From Faecousia sp. (GTDB lineage Bacteria; Bacillota; Clostridia; Oscillospirales; Oscillospiraceae), in NCBI GenBank assembly GCA_034104845.1, contig JAXECZ010000062.1, positions 1,303-65,302 of the forward strand: a DNA stretch of 64,000 nt. The letters run 5' to 3'. A program made the translations under genes and the position numbers. Below are positions 9,601 through 17,940 of this stretch, in pieces. How positions within the stretch are numbered: the stretch's first letter is position 1; each line of letters begins with the position of its first letter. The notes under the pieces were generated by a model, which had not been told where the DNA came from, ran no database searches, and saw nothing but the letters and a program-made list of their open reading frames with translations.

Positions 9601-10273
9601 TCTTCTTTAGAGCGGCGAAAACTTCATCCTTTTTCTCACTGTTATAGTACTGATACAGCCAGCCGATGATCTGTACCTGATCTGTCCAGTCTTTCTCTGG
9701 AATCAGTTCGATCATCTGCTGAATGACGCTGCCTTTCCGGAGCAGATTGTCCGGGAACAGAAGCTCCGTATAATCCGCGATTCTTTGGAACATTCCTGGC
9801 AGGATTCCGCTCAGTGCGTTACACTGGGTAATGAGCAGCAATTTATACAGTTCCTCTTTTTTATCGGCATTCTTGAGCTGATAGACCTTCTCCTTGTCCA
9901 GCCCCTCCAACTCCAGGTCGATGGCCTCAGTCAAGATTTTGGGGTTAAATTCACCCGCATCATCGGTAAACACCCGCACGTGGGTAGGCAGATAGCGGTT
10001 GACCTCCATAAAGCGCAGGGCAGCAAAGCGATTGAACCAGGTATAGGCCACCTCTTCCATGACCTCCCGATAGCCCTTCTGCTGGATCTGGGCAATCAAC
10101 GCCTGACGCTGTTGTTTCTCGGTGGGCGTCAAAACCCTGCCCCGAACACTGTCCGCCGCTGGATCTCCAAAGCCTTCCTCGCTGATGTCATACAGCGCCG
10201 CCCGCTGGGACACCCGGGAGATCAACTCCCGCCGCGCCCAGACTGCGTATTTTTTGATCGCATTTTTATCCAT
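6608..10273 (-). CDS. pglX: BREX N6-adenine DNA methyltransferase PglX (1221 aa)
   Basis: The N-terminus MDKNAIKKYAVWARRELISRV is typical of PglX. SAM-binding motif I is IDPCCGSGHIL and catalytic motif IV is VVVTNPPYIG. Size is ~1200 aa and it sits between brxC and pglZ. Confidence 0.9.
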   Translation of the reverse strand: MDKNAIKKYAVWARRELISRVSQRAALYDISEEGFGDPAADSVRGRVLTPTEKQQRQALIAQIQQKGYREVMEEVAYTWFNRFAALRFMEVNRYLPTHVRVFTDDAGEFNPKILTEAIDLELEGLDKEKVYQLKNADKKEELYKLLLITQCNALSGILPGMFQRIADYTELLFPDNLLRKGSVIQQMIELIPEKDWTDQVQIIGWLYQYYNSEKKDEVFAALKKNVKITKENIPAATQLFTPDWIVRYMVENSLGRLWVEHNAGSARDEYDERPGDLNELMISRWKYYLFDAPQEPEVQAQMDAIRKECAALTPEQIKCIDPCCGSGHILAYMFDVLMQIYQSYGYTTQEAVASIVAHNLYGLDIDDRAAQLSYFAVMMKARQYDRRFLTRKDEDGNPDVPQPYVYAICESNTISRGSLKYFGWSMSDIERNMALDQMTDLLDAMQDAKEYGSILIVKDYDWELLYRFVGTVDYSGQLDFDAGNLGETKEKLWRLVEIAAMLAQKYDVVVTNPPYIGSPNMGNTLLEYIKDNYEDSKADLYAAFIERNFVFSGRYVSMITQSTWMFQARFEKIREKLYEKLLICMNHLGTRAFDEINGEVVQTTAFCYMNSNYIANYNTSFINLTSFTGEDAKESAFFDPLTRNVRDVGKFRDIPGEPFAYYISDIAICDFRRGSALREKLMPKQGTSTGDDEMFVRYWFEPSYTELGFNYTSTESAHASCLTYFPIDKGGTYRKWYGNNDRVIRFDTNSYNRLLEMGNRLPSRQYYFREGLTWSKIASELSVRYSPVGFVFSSVGLKGFPAQDDMNYILSFMNSKVCQYFVKVISPGMSIVSGDIEKLPLLDNPQQEIDNMCDENIKLSRIDWDSFETSWDFQRHPLISVIPKNRLLFDDIDSIDLAECYMCWENECETRFQKLKANEEELNRIFIEIYGLQNELTPEVEDRDVTVRKADLQRDIKSLISYAVGCMFGRYSLNRSGLVYAGGEWEDTYRRNALAENGDTITFGGVRIAVNKGYQIQVDGQWLDCTYSPDTDNIIPICDDEYFEDDIVGRFIKFIETVYGKQSLESNLRFIADALGGKGRPKEVIRSYFLNDFYSDHCKIYQKRPIYWQFDSGKKNGFKCLIYMHRYREDTIARIRTDYVHEQQSRYRTAIADLENRSATASTSERVKLNKQLKKLQEQAAEVHVYEEKIHHLADQMISIDLDDGVKHNYEIFKDVLAKIK

Positions 10274-10287
10274 AATATATGTACCTT

Positions 10288-11097
10288 TTATCCGTTATTC
10301 TGCTTTGCGGCAAGGCGATCCCGGTAGTATTGAAGGACAAAAAGTTTAACACCTGCCATCTGCTCGCGTCGCTCTGCCTCAATACAGCGTCTTATTTTTT
10401 CGTCGAGAAAATCAATAGTAAGCGTCCCCGCTTCCTGACGCTCTAAGCATAAGCTTTCAGTATCTTTGAAAAGATCTCTACGTTTCTTTACCAGTTCTGT
10501 TGTCGTATCTTGCGTACATATATGATTTTCGTCCAGCTTACCGTTCAGAAACAGGACTGCATCCAAATCATGCTGCAATATCTGCTGTGACCAAGTCTCA
10601 GACTCCCGAATACTGATGACTCCATCACTATCATAAGTGATTAGTTTCATCATTTCCTCGTTTCTTGGGTCAATAACCATGCTATCGTTATCTCCCTTTT
10701 TTGCATCACAGCAGATAACCCGCTCTTCTCCTTCACCAAGTGCAACATCACTGCCACCCTTACATGTTCCAAGGAAATTGTAATAATCTATTGCCTTTTC
10801 TTTGTCCCTGCTCAATGGAGAAAAATGTTCGATAGTCATTTTATCTCCATCATGTTCAATAGGAAGCATACAATATGCACACAAACCGTGCTGTTCCTTC
10901 AACAACGCGTCCCGAATCGTTTTTTTCGGAAGTTCGTCAAAGAAATTCTTGCGAAGTTTATTAGCCCATCGATGTCTTTCATGCTCAGGAAGAGCGCCCA
11001 AGTTGCAGGGAATACTGGCCCATGACGGTCTGGCTTTTAGTTGTGTGATTTTCTGCTGAACCTCTTCTGGGCAAGGTCCTTTCTCTATATATAGCAT
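10288..11097 (-). CDS. HNH-type nuclease-like protein (TIGR02646 / Septu PtuB-like), 269 aa
   Basis: The segment HGLCAYCMLPIEHDGDKMTIEHFSPLSRDKEKAIDYYNFLGTCKGG carries CxxC ... IEH.xP ... N, as in HNH proteins that partner with ABC-type ATPases. It starts 15 nt after the ATPase gene and ends 14 nt before pglX. The DNA is AT-rich. Confidence 0.65.
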   Translation of the reverse strand: MLYIEKGPCPEEVQQKITQLKARPSWASIPCNLGALPEHERHRWANKLRKNFFDELPKKTIRDALLKEQHGLCAYCMLPIEHDGDKMTIEHFSPLSRDKEKAIDYYNFLGTCKGGSDVALGEGEERVICCDAKKGDNDSMVIDPRNEEMMKLITYDSDGVISIRESETWSQQILQHDLDAVLFLNGKLDENHICTQDTTTELVKKRRDLFKDTESLCLERQEAGTLTIDFLDEKIRRCIEAERREQMAGVKLFVLQYYRDRLAAKQNNG

Positions 11098-11112
11098 AAA
11101 CCTCTCCCACTC

Positions 11113-12363
11113 TTAAAAGTCCAACTTACGCTTTGCGCTTTTTACTTCTGCATTATCGGGGCCATAAAGATCAAGCATTTTTTCGTACATATCCTGTGCC
11201 ACGGTCATATTGTTATGATAATACGCATTTTCAAAGTTCTTCTTTAAAAGCTGTAACTGTTTGGGAATCCCAGAACTTCCTTGCCGAAGTTCAACAACAT
11301 CATTTATAGAGTAAGCATAGGCTTGAGAGGGGTAATCCACTTCGTGGTATTCATTAATATGAATTATTTTTGCTGTTTTACAGGAGGAAATAACAATCGG
11401 CGCATGGGTTGCAATGATAAATTGAATATTAGGGAATGTTTCTGCCAGAGCGCCAACTGCATTCCACTGCCATTTAGGATGCAAATGCATGTCGATTTCA
11501 TCAAGCAGTACAATGCCTGATGCATCCGAAGAATCCTTCATAGTAGGATTCAACTGCGCCAGACGAAATGCAAGGTCCATTGCGATCCAAAGAACAGATT
11601 GATATCCTGCACTTAGGAACGTAACGGGGAGCTCGTCATCCCCCTCTCTATAAACGATATCACGAAAAACAGAAGAATATCGAACAGAAGGATTCGTTGC
11701 AAGCTCATTCATGCTTCTCATTATTTTAGAAATGGTATTATTGAACAAATCTATTTCTTGAATTTCTGTATTCTGAAAATGCGCTTCATAAGACATTTTC
11801 ATTATCCATTCCATAATGCTGTTTTTGCTAGGAATGCCATCTAGGCTGCCAATGTAACCGCAGCGTCTGTCATTTAACTCGTTCTTTTGTTTTTTTCCAA
11901 AGTCCGCTCTCTTAGAAGAGATAACACGCGAAATGCTCATATAAGAAAGAATAGGAAGGACTGCATCTACATCGTTCGCAATATTCTGTAAATACTTCTT
12001 TGCCTCACTACCTGTTGTGAGTGACTTTCCATATCCCGAAGGATCATCTCTTCTGCGGCTACAGTAAATCATTTCTCCATCAACGTCAATTGCTAAATTA
12101 ACTCTAGGCCCAGCATATGAAATCACATTAGAGGCATTTGTTACTCTCAAAACTTTTTGGCGAAAATCATCCTTCTGAAATCCATTTGCAGGAACGCCAG
12201 GAATGCCACTTAATAGGCCGTTTAGTCCGACTGCCAAAGCTTCCAAAATAGAGGTCTTACCTGCGCCATTATCACCGATAATCAAGTTTATACCAGGATT
12301 AAATTCCAAATCGATGTTCTCAATTCCTCGGAAATCCTGAATATTTGCATCACTTAGAAACAA
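11113..12363 (-). CDS. ABC/SMC-type AAA ATPase (AAA_15/AAA_21; Septu PtuA-like), 416 aa, TTG start
   Basis: Walker A is IIGDNGAGKTSILEAL, the signature-like motif is LSAGYQS, Walker B/D-loop is IVLLDEIDMHLHPKWQ and the H-loop is IIATHAP. The in-frame codon upstream of the TTG is a stop. An AAGGAAAGG RBS lies 9 nt upstream. One 60-nt line (11701-11760) counted by hand is 27% GC. Confidence 0.7.
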   Translation of the reverse strand: MFLSDANIQDFRGIENIDLEFNPGINLIIGDNGAGKTSILEALAVGLNGLLSGIPGVPANGFQKDDFRQKVLRVTNASNVISYAGPRVNLAIDVDGEMIYCSRRRDDPSGYGKSLTTGSEAKKYLQNIANDVDAVLPILSYMSISRVISSKRADFGKKQKNELNDRRCGYIGSLDGIPSKNSIMEWIMKMSYEAHFQNTEIQEIDLFNNTISKIMRSMNELATNPSVRYSSVFRDIVYREGDDELPVTFLSAGYQSVLWIAMDLAFRLAQLNPTMKDSSDASGIVLLDEIDMHLHPKWQWNAVGALAETFPNIQFIIATHAPIVISSCKTAKIIHINEYHEVDYPSQAYAYSINDVVELRQGSSGIPKQLQLLKKNFENAYYHNNMTVAQDMYEKMLDLYGPDNAEVKSAKRKLDF

Positions 12364-12379
12364 ATTGCATCACCTTTCC

Positions 12380-12398
12380 TTGAATACTCGATATTCAA
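12380..12398 (-). promoter_or_regulatory. Perfect 7-5-7 inverted repeat TTGAATA-N5-TATTCAA next to the ATPase RBS
   Basis: Read directly: ttgaatactcgatattcaa, in the 114-nt brxC-ATPase spacer. Confidence 0.3.
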
Positions 12399-12477
12399 AA
12401 GTTTAACCACGTATCATGAAAAGAATCACTATTTTATCTCAAAAACTCAGTCATCTTTTTTACGGAATGAGCTTCCC

Positions 12478-15400
12478 TTATTTCAGCTGAATCCCATCAC
12501 AGCCCTTCATCAGCTGTTTTAGCTGCTGGCGCATTTTCTCAACATAGGCATCAATGTCCGCTTCGCTTTCCAGGCGTTTCGTCGGGAAGATGACCTGCCG
12601 ATTGTACGACTTGATAATCTTCTTCGGCGCGGGAGGTGTTGTGGTTCCGCCACTGGTATAGGTTACAGGCGGCTTCGGTTCCGGAGGTACTAACATCACC
12701 TCAATGCTGCCGCAGGCGGAATCCTTGTACTGTAGCATCGGCGGAACGAGACCATCCAGCAGAGCAAGGCTCTTCAGTTCCTTGATGGTGTCCCGCTTCT
12801 GTGTATAATACTTATCTGCCTTGTCGACAATATCTCTCGTATTGGGGTTTCCGTTTGCTGCCTGGTGGATGGCACCCATACACTGGGTTACAATCTCCAT
12901 CACTTCCTCACGCTTTGCCGCCAGCAAACGATTGTGTCCTTCCTGGACAGTTGCCATCAGGCCGTTCAACTCAGGTATGTGCTTGTAGCGAAAGCCACCG
13001 GACACCGATGTAATCAGGCGAATCTGGTTCAGCGCATGGTTTGCTTCCGGCTCATGAGAGAGGTAATCCAGCTCATTGCGCAGATCCAGCTCCATCTGGG
13101 CAGCCGCGTCAAAAATCTGCACCTGATTCTTGAAGAACCCCTCCACCTGCGCCAGACTCTCCTTGCTGTCAAAGAGGTCATCTTCCCGCTTCAGGAGACG
13201 GTCGATCAGGGCAATGTTATCCTTCTGCTGAGAAAGAATATCCGCCATCAGCTGAATCGCTTGCTGTACCTTATCCCGGTCCGGGTACTTTCTGCCGGAC
13301 TGATAGCGCTGGTCTAGGGCTTCATAATGCGCTTTCTGATCCGTGAACTTGCGGACAATAAAGGCGACCATGCCGTCCTCATTGTCCGGCACATCCATGA
13401 TGTCGAAATATTCACGCAGAAGTTCCTTCGCCGCTTTCATTTTCTGAGCAGAGACCATGTGCCGCACGGAGATACTGGTCTTGCCGATCTCGCTCTTTTT
13501 CCGCAGCATATCCGGCAGCTTCGGGTTATCCGGCTGGATGGTCGTGCCGCCATATTTGATGGTGACTTTCTGCTGCACGATCAGCAGAGCAGCCACAGCA
13601 GCCACATCGATTTCCTTCCAGCCATAGGGGATCCCCTGATAGCGGCTCTGAACGTCAGCCATGGAAGTGGGCAGCTTGATCCTGTCCTGAACAATCAGGT
13701 ATTCCTCCATCTTCGCCGCTGCATCCCGGTTCGGTTCCGTGCCAGGGATCATTTGTTCCGCGCCGGAGAGAATATTCAAAATGTCCCCATCCGTTTCCGC
13801 GTTTTTCGTAATCAGATTCAGTTCACTGTACACATGAACGACAAGATATTCCAGCGCCTGCTCGATCCTGGACTTGGCATCGCCGCTGCGAATCTCCAAA
13901 TGCTCACCATCCACATAGAACGCCGCTGCCTCGATGGCTTTTTTCAGCTGTTCCATGGCATCCTGCTCATAGCGGCTGGCTTCCTCCTGCTTGTCACGAA
14001 TGATATCCTCCACGGACTTCGGCAGCTGGGCTATGCGCTGCTTCGCATATTTGCGGATCTTCATGGCGCTTTCCAAATTCTCGTAATACAGAGAATTCGG
14101 AAGAACGACAATTGCCTGACCTCTGGACTCCGTCATGAGGCGAAGCTCGCTTTTTTCGACAGCGTCCGTTGCCACAGTCAGGAAGCGCAGCTTCATGCCG
14201 CCGGTGGAAGCGCCTGTGGTTACGCCGTCCACCATCTTGTCAAAGTCAAAATCGTATTTTCCATAGCGGAACTTTTTGGTGGTGAAGATATCTCCGTAAA
14301 TCATCTGCGCGATACGATCCACAATGGCCGCAGTATCTACGCTGGTGTTCCGTATTTCCCGCTGGATGTCCTGCTCCTCGTCGGTCAGGAAATTATAGAT
14401 ATCCCCGGACCTGCCAATATAGTTCTGGCTGAGAAGACGGTTCAGGGATTCCCTCGTTTTCTCACGGAGAGTAATTTTGTCAGTACGGATATCGTCCGCC
14501 ATCAGGATGACAATATTGTCAATGTTGGCAGGAATATCGTCCACATAGCGGATCAGATACAGGAGCTTCAGCACATCCACATCCTGGGCTTCGATACCAT
14601 CGCCGCTGTCTGCCGCTTTCTGGCAGCGCTCGATCACCCGGCGGATAGAACCATCCAGGAAGGTATGCACGGTATCATAGAAGCGGAAGAACGGCACAAG
14701 GGCATATTCATCCTCGGTCTGGATCTTCTGCGCTGCTTCCTGGAAGCCGGAAAGCATGGAACGCTCGCCGCCGGACAGGTGCTTTCCGGAATTTCCGTGT
14801 TTCCGAATCTCGGCAAAGACCTTCTGCATGACAATAAACTGATAGGGCACGAAGGGGAAGTTAACTGCAAATTCATTTGGGCCGGTGTATCCCTTGATAT
14901 CCAGAATGGAATCGGTGAAGCTGAACAGATTCCGAAGAACAGAATCATTCCGGTCGTACAGCTTCTCCAGCGCGGTTTCCGCCCCCGGCTTTTTCTTCAG
15001 AATACGCTTCTGGATCACTTCATCCACAGAGGAGGACGACAGGCTCAGCCGAGTTTTAAATCTTGCCTGAATACGGGAGAACTCATCGGCGCGAACCTTA
15101 ATGATCTCGTCAATGGCTTCCTGCCCGGTGCACACCACCCACACTTTGCCGCCGCATTCGCTGCCAATCTTCTCAGTCAGAGATTGAAGATTCAGCAGCA
15201 TATCGGTATCCGTGCCCACATACTGGCCAACTTCGTCGATCATGAACAGCAGGCGGAAGTTATCCGGCTTGCTGCCTACATAGGACTTGATGTCCTCCAC
15301 CAAACGGGCAATGGAGAACTCAACAGCCGTCTTGTCGGTAAACCAGCGCTTTGCATCCTCCTCGCTCATATCCAGGACTTCCATCAACGTTGGAATAATG

Positions 15401-16014
15401 AACTTTCCGTTGAACGCAAAGGCCTTACGCTGGTCGATCCACGGCTTGCCCTTTTTCTCCTCAAACACCCGGCGGAATTCTTCGGTTTTTCCCAGCTGGT
15501 CAATATACTGCTCCAACATGGCAACCTTCAAGTTTTCGCCATAGAAGCCCAGGTGATTGTAGAACATCTTGGCAAAAACCCGGAGCACCGCCGTTTTGTC
15601 CTTGTTGATGGAACCTTCAATATCGATATTGAACAGAATGGTTTCCGTTTTGCCCCGGGTTGCGCGGTCAATCAGCAGGAAGGTTGCCGGATCCTCCTCA
15701 AACTTCTTGCGAAACAACTCTACCGTGGTCTCGCCGTCAATCTTCCTGTTCTCCAAAATATAGGACAGCATTTTCAGGAAGTGAGATTTACCGCTTCCAA
15801 AGAACCCTGAAATCCAAACGCCAATATCGGCAGTTGGCTTTTCAAAGGCATCACTGTAATAATCAAAAAAAGAAATGAAATGCTTTTTCAGTTCGCGGGT
15901 AATGACATATTCCCGCACTTCCTGCTTGATGACATCAGTGGCATCCTGGTCAACCTTGATCACGCCGTTGATTGGACGGTTGATATCTTCGGCAAACATG
16001 TCCCGAATCAACAT
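12478..16014 (-). CDS. brxC: BREX P-loop ATPase BrxC (1178 aa)
   Basis: P-loop ISGFFGSGKSHFLKML, Walker B LFMIDEVGQYV, ~1200 aa. It starts 13 nt after brxB. Confidence 0.9.
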   Translation of the reverse strand: MLIRDMFAEDINRPINGVIKVDQDATDVIKQEVREYVITRELKKHFISFFDYYSDAFEKPTADIGVWISGFFGSGKSHFLKMLSYILENRKIDGETTVELFRKKFEEDPATFLLIDRATRGKTETILFNIDIEGSINKDKTAVLRVFAKMFYNHLGFYGENLKVAMLEQYIDQLGKTEEFRRVFEEKKGKPWIDQRKAFAFNGKFIIPTLMEVLDMSEEDAKRWFTDKTAVEFSIARLVEDIKSYVGSKPDNFRLLFMIDEVGQYVGTDTDMLLNLQSLTEKIGSECGGKVWVVCTGQEAIDEIIKVRADEFSRIQARFKTRLSLSSSSVDEVIQKRILKKKPGAETALEKLYDRNDSVLRNLFSFTDSILDIKGYTGPNEFAVNFPFVPYQFIVMQKVFAEIRKHGNSGKHLSGGERSMLSGFQEAAQKIQTEDEYALVPFFRFYDTVHTFLDGSIRRVIERCQKAADSGDGIEAQDVDVLKLLYLIRYVDDIPANIDNIVILMADDIRTDKITLREKTRESLNRLLSQNYIGRSGDIYNFLTDEEQDIQREIRNTSVDTAAIVDRIAQMIYGDIFTTKKFRYGKYDFDFDKMVDGVTTGASTGGMKLRFLTVATDAVEKSELRLMTESRGQAIVVLPNSLYYENLESAMKIRKYAKQRIAQLPKSVEDIIRDKQEEASRYEQDAMEQLKKAIEAAAFYVDGEHLEIRSGDAKSRIEQALEYLVVHVYSELNLITKNAETDGDILNILSGAEQMIPGTEPNRDAAAKMEEYLIVQDRIKLPTSMADVQSRYQGIPYGWKEIDVAAVAALLIVQQKVTIKYGGTTIQPDNPKLPDMLRKKSEIGKTSISVRHMVSAQKMKAAKELLREYFDIMDVPDNEDGMVAFIVRKFTDQKAHYEALDQRYQSGRKYPDRDKVQQAIQLMADILSQQKDNIALIDRLLKREDDLFDSKESLAQVEGFFKNQVQIFDAAAQMELDLRNELDYLSHEPEANHALNQIRLITSVSGGFRYKHIPELNGLMATVQEGHNRLLAAKREEVMEIVTQCMGAIHQAANGNPNTRDIVDKADKYYTQKRDTIKELKSLALLDGLVPPMLQYKDSACGSIEVMLVPPEPKPPVTYTSGGTTTPPAPKKIIKSYNRQVIFPTKRLESEADIDAYVEKMRQQLKQLMKGCDGIQLK

Positions 16015-16027
16015 GGTCAGTTCCTCC

Positions 16028-16585
16028 TTAAATCACATTGAACGCTCTATAATAGTCGTTCGGCTGTAGTCTGTTGAACAATTTCAGATGGTAACGGTCA
16101 AACTCTCCGGGATACATGACCAAGATCGGCACATCGGAAAAGTACGGCTGCAACGCTTCCAACAGGGTGTGTACCCGCATGAAGGGAAACGCATCTCCTA
16201 CACCGGTCAGCAGCAGCACATCTCCCAGCTTATGAGGAGAATACTGAATTTTTTCAATAAATTCATCTGTGCCAATCGCCGAGTGGAGTTGCTCCAGAAG
16301 GAATTCGCTCCCATCGGATTCTTCCATCTCCGGGATAGCATCCGTGATGTCCAGCTCATCACAGATGGAGAGAAAAATTTTATATAAATTGCATTCGATC
16401 AGTCTGCAAGGAACCCGCTGATCTGTCGTGATCTGGTCCACAAAATGCTGAACGGCCATCTCATCAGCAGGGTCGTAACAGAAAATCCGGATGTTGACTT
16501 CATTGCTTAAGCCCTTACCCTCCAGGAAGTCTGGCTCCTGAATCAACTGGCGAAGTTCATCCAGTCGTTCGTTTATGGATTTCAT
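16028..16585 (-). CDS. brxB: BREX protein BrxB (DUF1788), 185 aa
   Basis: Size and position between brxA and brxC. The sequence (..FCYDPADE..LLLTGVGDAFPFMRVHTLLEALQ..) is consistent with DUF1788. Confidence 0.85.
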   Translation of the reverse strand: MKSINERLDELRQLIQEPDFLEGKGLSNEVNIRIFCYDPADEMAVQHFVDQITTDQRVPCRLIECNLYKIFLSICDELDITDAIPEMEESDGSEFLLEQLHSAIGTDEFIEKIQYSPHKLGDVLLLTGVGDAFPFMRVHTLLEALQPYFSDVPILVMYPGEFDRYHLKLFNRLQPNDYYRAFNVI

Positions 16586-16598
16586 TTACCGCACCTCC

Positions 16599-17228
16599 TC
16601 AAGAGAAATAGTTAAATGCCGGGAATGCGATTTCGTCATGATGCTCCCGGATCGCTGTCTCAAGGACGGGATTCAGCCAAACCGGATTCAGATGATTGGC
16701 ATTGGTATCGTCCAAATACTCGTTTTCTACCAATATACGGGCAAGTACCTGTTTGATTTTTGCGATGGTATTTTCACTCCATGTGGCAACCCCATCGTCC
16801 TGCTCCTGCAAACGAAGAAAAAAAGTGTTCAAGTCAATTTTCCCAAATGAGTTGTCCCGCATTCGGTATTTCTCACCAATCACCGTAATCATGAAATCCC
16901 ATACCAACCGATACTGCTTCATCATGGCATACAGACAGATCTGCTTTGCCACGTCAGACGGCTGCCCAGCCAGAGCCGCCACGAGGGTAGTGTCATTCAT
17001 CGTCCGCAGCCGATTGATGCAGGTCTGTGCCATTTTTCGTACAGATTTTTCTGTAGGATATTGAAACAAGTTTTCTGATACAATTTTATTGACAACCGCT
17101 TTGTCGCCCAGACCATCACACATCAGTTTGGCCGTTGTACGGGTTTCATAGAATAAATACTGCTCTCTAGTCAGCACCGCACTGTACGGACTGGCCGCAC
17201 GGCGTGCTGCAATTGATTTTTCTGCCAT
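16599..17228 (-). CDS. brxA: BREX protein BrxA (DUF1819), 209 aa
   Basis: First BREX gene, ~200 aa and helical. A GGAGGT RBS lies upstream of the ATG, and it ends 13 nt before brxB. Confidence 0.85.
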   Translation of the reverse strand: MAEKSIAARRAASPYSAVLTREQYLFYETRTTAKLMCDGLGDKAVVNKIVSENLFQYPTEKSVRKMAQTCINRLRTMNDTTLVAALAGQPSDVAKQICLYAMMKQYRLVWDFMITVIGEKYRMRDNSFGKIDLNTFFLRLQEQDDGVATWSENTIAKIKQVLARILVENEYLDDTNANHLNPVWLNPVLETAIREHHDEIAFPAFNYFS

Positions 17229-17297
17229 TGGATATTACCTCCATGTGCGGAAAGGAGTCGTTACGGGGCGCCTGTCATCCATTTCCGATTTCTAACT

Positions 17298-17507
17298 TCA
17301 CATTTTGTCCGGAAGGATTTCAAGGATATCATCCACCGAACAATTCAGCGCCAGACAAATTCGAGCCACTACCTCCATGGAGACAATCTCGTCTCTTCCC
17401 ATTTTACTCAATGTACTGGCGCTGACATTTGCTAACTTGCACAGCTCTTTTTTCTTCATTTTCTTGTCGATCAGAAGCTTAAATAATTTATTATATGAAA
17501 CCGCCAT
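17298..17507 (-). CDS. XRE/Cro-type HTH transcriptional regulator (69 aa)
   Basis: Track ORF 17298..17678. The internal start MAVSYNKLFKLLIDKKMKKKELCKLANVSASTLSKMGRDEIVSMEVVARICLALNCSVDDILE is preceded by AGGAGGAGAA (17511-17520). It shows the HTH_3-like pattern and lies 69 nt upstream of brxA. Confidence 0.75.
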   Translation of the reverse strand: MAVSYNKLFKLLIDKKMKKKELCKLANVSASTLSKMGRDEIVSMEVVARICLALNCSVDDILEILPDKM

Positions 17508-17560
17508 GCTTTCTCCTCCTTGCATAGGGATGCCGATTAGAATATCAATTCTTTCTTTAT

Positions 17561-17589
17561 AGCATAACACAAATACGGACGAATGTAAA
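17561..17589 (-). promoter_or_regulatory. Candidate sigma-A promoter for the HTH/BREX operon: TTTACA-N17-TATGCT
   Basis: On the minus strand, TTTACA (17584-17589), a 17-nt spacer and TATGCT (17561-17566), about 50 nt upstream of the HTH start. Confidence 0.4.
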
Positions 17590-17701
17590 TTATTAATAAC
17601 GAGTTCTCGCAAGTTTTTAAGTATTAGGAAATCCTCGACCAATTCCAAATAAAAGGATCCTCTTTTCAAATCTCCCACATTTTGCCGTCTTTTCAGCTCG
17701 C

Positions 17702-17940
17702 CTACTCCAGTTGTTCCAGTGTATAACTACGAGCAACTGCTGCCATATAGGTGACTTCCAGAAGGTCAGTCAGCTCCTCAATAGGCTTCTTTATGGTATT
17801 GAACCAATTTTTATCCAACTTGGCATCCAACATCCGTTCTCCATTTCTGAATTCTTCAAAATTACGCCCAATATCCGTGCATTGTTCCGTATTCTTTGTT
17901 TACAGCATCCCAAATATTGAGCGCACGAAAGTACTTGACT
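17702..17940 (-). pseudogene. Possible decayed C-terminal gene fragment of unknown family
   Basis: Two adjacent minus-strand frames read VKYFRALNIWDAVNKEYGTMHGYWA* and NFEEFRNGERMLDAKLDKNWFNTIKKPIEELTDLLEVTYMAAVARSYTLEQLE*. These are protein-like, but they are broken by a frame change and have no start. Confidence 0.25.

Noticed and set aside
13327-15810. An 827-aa plus-strand ORF antisense to brxC. Analogous antisense ORFs occur at 4430..5506, 6851..7696, 35354..36280, 37779..39380, 40464..42407, 45346..46452, 47766..49145, 49548..50687, 51731..52801 and 59907..61106.
   Set aside because: Each is fully contained in a well-supported gene on the other strand and has no recognisable motifs. 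They are shadow ORFs.
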